Of a stretch of 41,920 nucleotides of DNA, positions 1 through 8,475 are shown piece after piece. Position numbers and translations under genes: made by a program. Numbering within the stretch: position 1 is the stretch's first letter; the number at the start of each line of letters is the position of its first letter. The notes beneath the pieces were generated by a model, which saw only the letters and a list, made by a program, of their open reading frames with translations, had not been told where the DNA came from and made no database searches. This DNA comes from Planctomycetota bacterium (GTDB taxonomy: Bacteria > Planctomycetota > PLA2 > JAEUHO01). The DNA lies in the NCBI GenBank assembly GCA_029259795.1, contig JAJDEM010000044.1, positions 1-41,920 on the forward strand, read 5' to 3'.

Positions 1-2
1 CC

Positions 3-1655
3 AACGCATTCGCCGGCACGGGCAAGGTCGAGGAGAGCGCCCGGCACCTGAAGCTCGCGCGCGCGAAGGCGCAGACGATCGACGACGAGAACTTCGGCCT
101 CGCACTCAACGACACAGCGATCGAGATCGCCCATCGGGCAGGACGACACGCAGACGCCGTCACAGCAGCCCTGCTGGCCGCAGACGCCCTGCAGCGCAGC
201 TACAGGCAGCTCGCGGACGACGAGCAGGCGGGTGCCCGGGAGCGCTGGGCACGCGGGTTGACGCGTGGCGTCCTCTCCGCGGCCAAGCTGGGTCGGGCAG
301 ACGACGCGTTCCAGCTCATCGAGCTGAACCGCGCCGGCGCCTTGCGCCGCGCGCTCGGCGGGACGGATCGTGTGTACGGCGCGCTGCTCGATCCCGCACT
401 CCGAGCCGAGGAGGCTGAAGCGCGTGCGCAGGAAACCTCCGCGGTGGACCGCCTGCGCGCGGCCCGCGGCGGCGATCTCTCGGCCAAACAGCTGAAGGCC
501 CTTGAAGGGGAGCTGCGCGCCGCACGGGAGCGCCTCCACGATCTGGACCGCCGCGTTCAGCGCGGCGCGGCAAGCGCCCGCGACGTCACCGCGCCTACGC
601 TGCCGACCCTCGCTGAGGTCCAGAAGGACATGGCGGCCGACGAGGCGCACGTCCTCTACTCCATGGCGGGCGAGGCGGCTGTCGCCGTCGTCGTCACCAA
701 GAAGACCAAGCGCGTCGTCGAGCTCGGCCCCAGCGCCATCCTTCGTGATCTCTGCGAGGACCTCCTTGTGGACTACGAGGGGACCATCGACCGAGAACGG
801 CTCATCGAGCTGGTTCAGCTCGTGGTGATGCCGCTGCGGCTCAAGAACACGCTGCGCCGCGTGCGTGTCTCCCCCAGCGGTCCCCTCGGCTACGTGCCGT
901 TCTCCTTGCTGTTTCCCGGGCACGAAGTCGTCCTGGTTCCTTCGGCCGCTACCTATGCGCTGCTGGCGGAGCCGTCGGCGAAGGGAACCGCCCGCGTCCT
1001 CGCGCTCGGCGACCCTCTCTATGCCGAGAAGGGTGAAGCCAGCGTGCTGCGCGGAGCACGCGCCGGGCGGAGCCTGACCCGACTCCCGGCGACCAAGGCC
1101 GAGGCCGAAGCCATCGGGGACGATGTGTTGCTGGGCGCAGGCGCCACCGAGGCTGCCCTGCGCAAGACCCTCGGCACGCAAGCCCACTGGCGCGCCGTCC
1201 ATCTGGCCTGCCACGGCCTGGTGGATCCTGAGCGGCCGATGTTCTGCTCCCTGGCGCTGACCCCGGGCGACGGCGACGACGGCTTCCTGACGGTACTCGA
1301 GGTCATGCGCCTCAAGGTCCCGGCCGACCTCGTCGTGCTCTCGGCGTGTGAGACGGGTCGCGGCCGCGTCGTCGCTGGCGAGGGCATTCTCGGACTGACG
1401 CGAGCCTTCATGCTGGCGGGCGCGCCGCGCGTGCTCGTGAGCCTTTGGCAGGTCGACGATGAAGCGACCCGCATGCTCATGGAGCACTTCTACACGGTGT
1501 GGAAGGCTGGGTCCGTGGGTCCGGCCGAGGCACTCGTGAAGGCACAGAATCACGTGCGCACCTACAAGCAGCCTGGCAAGGCCGGTGGTGCGAGCAAGCA
1601 GCCGTACAAGGACCCGCGTTTCTGGGCGGGCTGGGCCCTCTGGGGCCTGCGCTAG
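3..1655 (+). CDS. CHAT-domain (caspase/HetF-like) protein, 5'-truncated by the window edge
   Basis: The frame is open from position 3 (NAFAGTGKVEESARHL...) into ORF 258..1655. CHAT motifs: AVHLACHG (catalytic His), DGFLT, LVVLSACETG (catalytic Cys), VSLWQVDDEAT, PRFWAGWALWG. Confidence 0.92.
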   Translation, partial: NAFAGTGKVEESARHLKLARAKAQTIDDENFGLALNDTAIEIAHRAGRHADAVTAALLAADALQRSYRQLADDEQAGARERWARGLTRGVLSAAKLGRADDAFQLIELNRAGALRRALGGTDRVYGALLDPALRAEEAEARAQETSAVDRLRAARGGDLSAKQLKALEGELRAARERLHDLDRRVQRGAASARDVTAPTLPTLAEVQKDMAADEAHVLYSMAGEAAVAVVVTKKTKRVVELGPSAILRDLCEDLLVDYEGTIDRERLIELVQLVVMPLRLKNTLRRVRVSPSGPLGYVPFSLLFPGHEVVLVPSAATYALLAEPSAKGTARVLALGDPLYAEKGEASVLRGARAGRSLTRLPATKAEAEAIGDDVLLGAGATEAALRKTLGTQAHWRAVHLACHGLVDPERPMFCSLALTPGDGDDGFLTVLEVMRLKVPADLVVLSACETGRGRVVAGEGILGLTRAFMLAGAPRVLVSLWQVDDEATRMLMEHFYTVWKAGSVGPAEALVKAQNHVRTYKQPGKAGGASKQPYKDPRFWAGWALWGLR

Positions 1656-1741
1656 GCGCGAGGGTCTCAACAGCAGTTCGCGACATAGGGAGCGCGTTCG
1701 GCGCGTAGTAGGCTGCCCGCCCACCTCGTGGACCCCGCCCC

Positions 1742-2974
1742 ATGTACGAGCGCTACACGGCCTTCTTCCACCTGCGTGCCGTCGCGGGCCAGGGGGCGAT
1801 GTCGGGCGTACTCATCCTCAACGAGTACATCGCGCGCAAGGAGCTCGGCGCGACGCGCTGGCAGATCCTGGCGCTCCTGCTGATTCCGGCCGGGGCGCAG
1901 CTCATGGCCGTCGTGTGGAACCCGGCCAGTAGCAAGGGGCCCATTGCCCGCCGACCGTTTCGAGTCCTCGGCATGGGCCTGCATGCCCTGCTGTTCCTGC
2001 CGCTGCTTACCGGCGGCCGCTGGACCCCGGGGCTGTTCGTCGCGCTGACAGCCACGGTCGCCGTCGCGCAGATGCTGCTGGTTCCGCTGCAGAACGCCAT
2101 CCTCGCGCGGAACTATGGCGAGTCGCACCGCGGCCGACGCTTCGGTCGGGCGGTCGCCATCCAGAGCCTTGCCCTCGTCGTGGTCAGCGTGCCCATCGGG
2201 CTGTGCCTGGATCGGGAACCCGACGCTTGGACCTGGGCGTATGCCCTCTCGGGCGCCTTCGGCCTCTTCGCCTACCGCCAGTGGGGCAAGCTTCGCCGGC
2301 GCCGCGCCTCACAGGATGTGAGCGGACTCTCCGAGCACGGATCGCCTTGGAACGCGCTGTTTGGCGATCGCTCCTTCCTCGCCTTCGAAGGCTGCTTCAT
2401 GGTCTACGGGCTCGGGTTCCTGGCGTTGATGCCGATCCTCCCGCTCTTCCTCGTCGACGAAGTGGGCGTGTCCTACGGCGACGTCGGTCTCGCCCGGGGT
2501 GCCGTATTCTGGATCGTCATGATCGTCACCGCTCCCCTTGTGGGGTGGCTTGCCGATCGAATCGGCATCCTCCGGCTCGGCGCCATGGGCTTCCTCTGCC
2601 TCGCACTGTTCCCGCTCACGATGATCCTGCTGCCGAACCGACTCGGGCTGTTTCTCGGATTCGCCGTCTTCGGGCTCGCCATGTCGGCCGTCAACGTGAC
2701 CTGGAACCTCGGGCCGATCACGCTGGCACGAGGTCGCGACCCGATCCCCTACCTGAACGCGCACCTCTCCCTGGTCGGCGTCCGCGCCATCATCGGGATG
2801 ACGGCGGCGACCGCTCTCTATGGACCGCTCGGCAGCCAGGGGATCTTCGTGGGTGTGATCGGCCTCGAGATCGCTGCGGCTGTGCTCATGTTCTGGGCCG
2901 CGCGCGCAACAGGCCGCCGCTGGCGCGTCGACGCCGAGGCGGCGCAGGTAACCCTGCCGCAGCCCCCGCGCTGA
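1742..2974 (+). CDS. MFS transporter
   Basis: 410 aa with about 12 hydrophobic segments in two halves; MFS motif A-like GWLADRIG in the second half. Confidence 0.85.
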   Translation: MYERYTAFFHLRAVAGQGAMSGVLILNEYIARKELGATRWQILALLLIPAGAQLMAVVWNPASSKGPIARRPFRVLGMGLHALLFLPLLTGGRWTPGLFVALTATVAVAQMLLVPLQNAILARNYGESHRGRRFGRAVAIQSLALVVVSVPIGLCLDREPDAWTWAYALSGAFGLFAYRQWGKLRRRRASQDVSGLSEHGSPWNALFGDRSFLAFEGCFMVYGLGFLALMPILPLFLVDEVGVSYGDVGLARGAVFWIVMIVTAPLVGWLADRIGILRLGAMGFLCLALFPLTMILLPNRLGLFLGFAVFGLAMSAVNVTWNLGPITLARGRDPIPYLNAHLSLVGVRAIIGMTAATALYGPLGSQGIFVGVIGLEIAAAVLMFWAARATGRRWRVDAEAAQVTLPQPPR

Positions 2975-2989
2975 GTTGCCGCGGCGGCG

Positions 2990-4501
2990 CTACTTGCCTG
3001 CGGCCTCCGCCGCGAGCGCTTCAATCTCCTCGATCCAGGCCTCGGCCATCTCGACGACCTTCGGATCCGAGTGGTTGACGGCCTCCTTGAGCGCGGCCAG
3101 CGCGCCCTTGTCGCCCTGGGCGAGCTCGCCCAGGGCATCCGACGCCTTCTCGCGCACGACGGCGTCATCGTCGCGTAGCGCCGCACGGAGCATCGGCACG
3201 GCCTCGCGCGGCGCGTAGTTCATCAACCCCTGCACGACGACCCGGCGCACGCCCACGTTGTCATGGCGCAGCGCATCGCGCAGCGTGTCGGCCACAGCGA
3301 AGCGCCCATCGTGTGCTCCGGCAAGGAGCCGCAGCGTCATCGCGGCGGTCTGCCACTGCGCCTCCTCGTGGGAGCGAAACATCGCCTCGAGTGTGGGCAC
3401 GACATCCTCGGCCCGCTTCGCAATGCTTGGCACCATGCGCATCGCCCGGTCACGCCAGAGCACCTCGGAGGAAGGCAGGGTGGCCAGGAGCGCCGGAAGC
3501 AGTGTCTCCTGGGGAACCAAGCGAAGCTGGAGGAACAACGAGACTGCTCCCATGCGAACCTGCGGCAGCTCGTCCTTCAGCGCGGCCAGCAGGATCTCCT
3601 TGGCATCGGGGCGCTTGGTGAGGAAGCGCCACGCGGCCCCCTGGGCATTCACGCGCGAGTTGATCACCCCAACCAAGGCCCGCTGCGCGACGGGATCGTC
3701 GGGGCCGATCTGGATGAGCGCGGACACCACGCCGTAGAAGTCACCGCCCTTCAACAGGAAGTCTGCGAAGAGTGGGATCAGGCTTCGGCCACGCGTGCCC
3801 AGCGAGCCCACGGCTTGACCGAGGTTTCGAACAAGGACGCGGTACTTCCCGTTCGGGAGTGGCGTCAGCATCCAGCGCAGGAACGACTCGATGTCGGCGC
3901 CACTCCTGGCGCTGTCGAGCACGAGTGCCGCCACCCACGGCAGATACAGCGAGGACTCGTTCGCCCGGGCCCAGGCTTCGAGGCCCCGACGCGTGTCCGG
4001 CGGGAGCGGCACGAGCGCGCGCAGCCAGCGCAGGACCGGGTGTTGCCCGTAGCGCCGCTCTGGAGCGGCAAGTCCGCGCAGGCAATCGAGAAGACCGGCC
4101 GCAAGCTGCGGCTTGAGGTCCTCGAGCGGCGCAAGAACCTCGTCGAGGAACGCCACATACTCCCGGTGCGCGTAGTTGATCGATGTGTTCTCGAGCGCCG
4201 CCATCAACTCGCAGATGCGCTCGGGGTGCGCGCGGATCCACGCGGTGAGCTCCGCGCGTTCCTCGGGCTCTAGCGTCTGGTCCAGCCGCCCCATCAAGGC
4301 ATCAGCGGATCCTGCCTGGGGCGCTTGGCGAAGGCCCGGTCCGGCGTCGGCTTCGCGGGGCTGCGCCTCGCGCTCCTCCTCAGCCTCCGCCGGCGTGTCG
4401 GCAGCGTCGGGCTCAGGCACCTCGTCGGAGCCTAGCAGCCAGACCAAGAGCCCGATGACGACCCACCCAAGCAAGACGATCGGAATCAGACGACCGCGCA
4501 C
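2990..4501 (-). CDS. Membrane-anchored HEAT-repeat protein
   Basis: GTG at 4501 with a GGAGGG SD 7 nt upstream. N-terminal TM segment, acidic linker, and C-terminal HEAT/PBS-lyase repeats (LKDELPQVRMGAV, LRHDNVGVRR, LRDDDAVVREKASDALG, NHSDPKVVEMA). Confidence 0.8.
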   Translation of the reverse strand: MRGRLIPIVLLGWVVIGLLVWLLGSDEVPEPDAADTPAEAEEEREAQPREADAGPGLRQAPQAGSADALMGRLDQTLEPEERAELTAWIRAHPERICELMAALENTSINYAHREYVAFLDEVLAPLEDLKPQLAAGLLDCLRGLAAPERRYGQHPVLRWLRALVPLPPDTRRGLEAWARANESSLYLPWVAALVLDSARSGADIESFLRWMLTPLPNGKYRVLVRNLGQAVGSLGTRGRSLIPLFADFLLKGGDFYGVVSALIQIGPDDPVAQRALVGVINSRVNAQGAAWRFLTKRPDAKEILLAALKDELPQVRMGAVSLFLQLRLVPQETLLPALLATLPSSEVLWRDRAMRMVPSIAKRAEDVVPTLEAMFRSHEEAQWQTAAMTLRLLAGAHDGRFAVADTLRDALRHDNVGVRRVVVQGLMNYAPREAVPMLRAALRDDDAVVREKASDALGELAQGDKGALAALKEAVNHSDPKVVEMAEAWIEEIEALAAEAAGK

Positions 4502-4573
4502 CAGCCAACCCTCCAAGGCTTTGCAACGGACGGATTGTAGGCGGAACGACTCGCCGCGCGGACAGTGGGTGCG

Positions 4574-5659
4574 TTACTTGGCTGCGGGGCGCGGGAGCGT
4601 CCAGGCGTGGACCACGCCCTCGTGCAAGGCCACGGCGTAGCGCCCGCTGGCAGTGAAGGACACCGTGCTCGGCCGCTTGCCCTGGATTGGAGCGAGCGCG
4701 GGCGCCTCGCCTGCAAGCGCGCGCAGCGCGAGGCTCCCATTGTGGAGGCCGAGCAGAACCAAGCCTCCGTCAGGCGAAACCGATGCGGTGACCGTGACCG
4801 CCTTGAGATCCGAGAAGGTGGTCGTAGGCGTGAACACCACCTTCGTGGCCTCGGGCTTGGGCTCACCGCCCCACCCCTTGCTCCAATCCTTCACCTTCAC
4901 CACACGGCCGGTGGTCGGCCAGATCGACGCGCTGGTCGAAAACAACTGCGAACCGACGATCCCGGTCGCGTCGGGCAAGAACGCCGCGTACCAATCCGCG
5001 GCGCCCGGTCCCGAGAACTCATGACGCGTCTTGCCTGTGCCTGTCTCCACGAGAAGGCAGTCGAGGTTTCACCCGTCAGCGACGCCGAGGACCGCCAGCG
5101 CCGTGGTCGGCCCAAACACCACCCGCAAGACGGTGCGCTTGCCGCCGACGCGTCGAGTTGCGAGCACGCTGCCGTCCTTGACGGCCGCTGCTGTGAGCAC
5201 ACCTGTGGACGCGACGCTGATCAAGCGCTCGCCATCGGGCGAGAACGCGAAGCCGACAGGCCGCGCCTTGCGCCACAGAATCTTCTGCGTCGAGCGATCC
5301 AACACGAGGACTTCCTTGGCGGTCGCCCCAGCTAGCCGGCGCCCGGTCGGGTCGACAGCGACGCGGGTCACGGCCGACTCGCCAAGGCGGACCGCGAGGG
5401 TCGGACCGTGCCCGATACGCCAACCGCGGAGGAAGCCGTCACTCGTCCCCACGAGCAGCGCCTCGCCGCTGTGATCGGCAGCCAAGGCGGTGACGGTTCC
5501 CTCGAGCGCGATGCGCTGTGCTGCGATTGCCGGTGCGGCCGGGGCAGGCTGCTTGGCGGCGACCTCAGCCTTCGTTGCGGGCGGCTCGTCATCGGCCACC
5601 GCTCGCTGCAAGGGGAACGCGCACGCGAGAGCGGCGAAACCGAGGCAGAGCACGCGCAT
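4574..5659 (-). CDS. Secreted WD40/YVTN-like beta-propeller protein with an in-frame UGA at 5071-5069 (recoded or nonsense-mutated)
   Basis: ORFs 5069..5659 and 4574..5050 are in the same frame, joined by TGA AAC CTC GAC TGC CTT CTC. Signal peptide present. Propeller-blade repeats occur on both sides of the stop (VAVDPTGRRLA, FAFSPDGERL, AAFLPDATGI, SVSPDGGLVL, VSFTASGRYA). Confidence 0.75.
5038..5059 (-). promoter_or_regulatory. SECIS-like stem-loop downstream of the in-frame UGA
   Basis: Minus strand UGCCUUCUC-GUG-GAGA(C)AGGCA: 9 bp stem with one bulged C. The apical loop starts with GU, 18 nt after the UGA. Confidence 0.35.
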
Positions 5660-5754
5660 GGCAGATCCTCCCGAGACGAGCCGTGTTCTACCAGCCTGCC
5701 AGGGTCAGGCAGGTCAGCGCGTGTGCCGGCCCCAACACCCGGAGCCTGGACGAG

Positions 5755-6201
5755 CTACCCGTCCGCTGCGGGCCACCAGTGGTACTCGACATCCGGCTCG
5801 GACTCCGGAGGCGGGCTGACGCCGTACTGGAACACTTCGAAACCGCGGGCCTCGTAGAAGCGGCACGCGCCTGTGTTCTTCTGGTGCGTGAAGAGCCGCA
5901 GCCCTGCGGGCGAGAGCTGCTTGGCATGGCCGAGCAACGCGGAGCCGACGCCTTGGCGCTGCCGCTCCACGGCGATGTAGAGCCTATCGAGGAAGTCACC
6001 CTGCAGCGCCAGGTAGCCGGCGATCCTGCCATCGATCTCTGCGACCCAGAGCTCGTTCTCAGCGACGATGACGCGAGCAAAGTAGGCACGATCCTCTGCC
6101 TCGGTGTGCGCCTCGAGGAAGGTGTACGTCACGGCCATCACCGCGCGCCAGAGGGTCACGACGGCTTCGCTATCAGCAGCGGTATACGGGCGGATCTGCA
6201 C
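5755..6201 (-). CDS. GNAT family N-acetyltransferase
   Basis: GTG at 6201 preceded by GAGGAG. Acetyl-CoA-binding motif RQRQGVGSALL and NTGACRFYEARGF. Confidence 0.9.
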   Translation of the reverse strand: MQIRPYTAADSEAVVTLWRAVMAVTYTFLEAHTEAEDRAYFARVIVAENELWVAEIDGRIAGYLALQGDFLDRLYIAVERQRQGVGSALLGHAKQLSPAGLRLFTHQKNTGACRFYEARGFEVFQYGVSPPPESEPDVEYHWWPAADG

Positions 6202-6227
6202 TGCGCTGGCCTCCTCGGCCTCGACTA

Positions 6228-6400
6228 GGGTATGTCTGAAGAAACACCGTCGCGAGCCGGGTGAGGCCGAAGCGAGGCGTAGCCACAACGAAGACATGGC
6301 CCGGAGGCGTGCTCCTGCACGTTGAGGAGCCATGTCGCCGCTGGGGCACGGATCGCGAGGGCATCAGCAGGCGCAGCAGGTGGGCTTTTCAGACAGGCCC
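6228..6400. mobile_element. MITE / non-autonomous IS-derived element (~173 bp)
   Basis: Imperfect terminal inverted repeats GGGTATGTCTGAA (6228-6240) and TTCAGACAGGCCC (6388-6400), 11/13 match, flanked by CTA and CAG. Nested internal stems GACATGGC/GCCATGTC (6293-6336) and CGTGC/GCACG (6308-6321). No transposase. Confidence 0.6.
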
Positions 6401-6416
6401 CAGGGTAGGGCTACAC

Positions 6417-7466
6417 GTGGTCGATCACACACCCCAACCCGATGCAGCCTCCGCAGCACGCCTTGCCAGCCATGCGGCGGCGAAGGCCGCGCTCGCGCAG
6501 GTGGATGACGAGACGCTCTGCCGACTTCTCGCCGATGCCGCAGCCCAGGACTCCGGGCACGGCATCATTCAGCTGCCCGACGGCGGCGCCCCAGCCTTTG
6601 CCAAGTTGCTCCCCCTGAGCGACGTCGAGGCAGATGAAGGGCAGCGGCTCGCAACCCGCAACCTGTTCGAGCTCCCGTGCTTCTATCAGTACCGACTCGG
6701 CAGCCTCGGCTTCGGCGCGTGGCGAGAACTCGCGGCGCAGGAACTGACCACGTCGTGGGTACGCAGCGGGAGCTTCTCGGCCGTCCCGCTGCTTCACGGC
6801 TGGCGCGTCTTGCCGGTCAAGTCAGCCATCGAGGACGATCGCGCGGAGGTATCGCTATGGGGTGGCGACCTCACGATTGCACGGCGCATCGAGGCCAACC
6901 GCTCGTCCACACGATCGCTCGTGCTGTTCATGGAGCCCTACCCCCAGACCTTCGCGGCGTGGCTCGGTGAACGGCTCGCAGACCCCAGGGGACTTGCCGT
7001 GCGCCCTCACGACCTCGAGGCCTCGCTGCTCGCCATCGTGGAGGCCATGAACACGCGCGGCCTTCTGCACATGGACGCGCACCTCGAGAACTTCCTCACC
7101 GACGGAGAGACGCTCGTCCTCGGCGACTACGGCCTGGCCACAGCGCAAGCCTTCGACCTCAGCCCCGAGGAAGAGCACTTCCTCGAAACGCACGCGTCGT
7201 TTGACAGCTGCACCGCGATCACGGGCTTGGTGCAGGCGTTCGTCGCGCGCTACGACCAGCGCGCTGAGTGGCACGACGCACTTCGAGAGGTCGCCGCAGG
7301 GAACCACGTATCCCGCGACGTCATGCCCGAGCCTGTCCGCAGATACCTCGCGCAGCGGGCACCGGTCGCCCTCACGATGCACGAGTTCTACGTCCAGCTC
7401 CTCGCAGACCTGAGCGGCGCCGAGTTCCCTGCGCAGGCGCTTGAGCGCGCCCTGGACGGCTCCTGA
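6417..7466 (+). CDS. Atypical protein kinase-like / phosphotransferase-fold protein
   Basis: AFAK (beta3 Lys), catalytic loop HMDAHLEN and DYG. The start is uncertain because the upstream part of ORF 6261 runs through the MITE. Confidence 0.7.
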   Translation: MVDHTPQPDAASAARLASHAAAKAALAQVDDETLCRLLADAAAQDSGHGIIQLPDGGAPAFAKLLPLSDVEADEGQRLATRNLFELPCFYQYRLGSLGFGAWRELAAQELTTSWVRSGSFSAVPLLHGWRVLPVKSAIEDDRAEVSLWGGDLTIARRIEANRSSTRSLVLFMEPYPQTFAAWLGERLADPRGLAVRPHDLEASLLAIVEAMNTRGLLHMDAHLENFLTDGETLVLGDYGLATAQAFDLSPEEEHFLETHASFDSCTAITGLVQAFVARYDQRAEWHDALREVAAGNHVSRDVMPEPVRRYLAQRAPVALTMHEFYVQLLADLSGAEFPAQALERALDGS

Positions 7467-7647
7467 AGCGCGCGCGTTCGTCCGGGCCTGCGGTGTCAAG
7501 CGGCGTAGGGACCGATCCAGCGTTAGTCCCGCCCAGGAGGCAGAGTTCAACTCGATCCAGCCCCGTCCGTACCGCTGGCTGCGCCTCTCGGTCTAGCCCG
7601 TTACCATCCTCCTCGCCGCTACGCCCCCCCGCCCTGAGAGGGACTCC

Positions 7648-8475
7648 ATGTCGCACTACCCCCCCACCCTTCCGCTCGCCGACTGGCAACCGACCCGCGA
7701 CACGCTGCATCGCTACGCGCGCATCCTCGGCAAGGTCCGTGGCCGCTACATGCCGGCCTCCAAGCACTGGTGGCACATCACGTTGTCTGTCTGTGCGCGC
7801 GGCCTGACCACGACGCCGTTCCCCGTCGGTACGCAGACGATCGAGCTGACGTTGGACCTGGTCGCGCATCGGCTGGCCATCGACAGCAGTGCCGGTTGGT
7901 CGGCTGCGCTGCCCCTCGTGGGCCAGAGTGAAGTCGGCGTTCGCGAGTGGATCGACGCCAGCCTCGAGAGTGCCGGCATTCAGCAGGAGTCGGACGTACT
8001 CGCGGCGTTTGAGTCCGATGAGGTCCAGCCCTACGACACCGAGGCGACCGGCCGCTATCGAATGGCCCTGGCGTGGATGGACGCCAGCCTCAAGGCGTTC
8101 AAGGGCGGCCTCCGCGAGGAGACCAGCCCGGTGCACGTCTTCCCGCACCACCTAGACCTCGCGGTCAACTGGTTCTCGGGTCGCCTGGTGCCGGGCAAGG
8201 ACCCGGCGGATGCGGAGAGCTCCGACGAGCAGATGAACTTCGGCTTCGTCACCGGCGATGGCTCGATCGATGACGCCTACATCTACGCCACGGCGTACCC
8301 CGCGCCGGAGGGCTGGGCCGACCTCGCGCTCGCAGCCCCTGCCTTCTGGCACACCGAAGGCTGGACGGGGGCGATCCTGCCGTACGACGCGCTCGCAAAC
8401 GCCGACGATCCGGACGCGGTGCTGCTCGCCTTCCTCGAGGCGGTGCAGACCCACGGCAGCGCGCTCATGCGCTAG
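7648..8475 (+). CDS. DUF5996-like protein
   Basis: Family-typical TLHRYARILGKVR, HWWHITL, GLTT, PVHVFPHHLDLAV, FSGR, GFVTGD, YATAYPAP. SD GAGAGGGA upstream. Confidence 0.75.
   Translation: MSHYPPTLPLADWQPTRDTLHRYARILGKVRGRYMPASKHWWHITLSVCARGLTTTPFPVGTQTIELTLDLVAHRLAIDSSAGWSAALPLVGQSEVGVREWIDASLESAGIQQESDVLAAFESDEVQPYDTEATGRYRMALAWMDASLKAFKGGLREETSPVHVFPHHLDLAVNWFSGRLVPGKDPADAESSDEQMNFGFVTGDGSIDDAYIYATAYPAPEGWADLALAAPAFWHTEGWTGAILPYDALANADDPDAVLLAFLEAVQTHGSALMR

Noticed and set aside
4502-4576. Fusion of the propeller and HEAT genes, which share a frame
   Set aside because: They are separated by TAA, and the HEAT gene has its own TACAAT -10-like box, SD and TM anchor.
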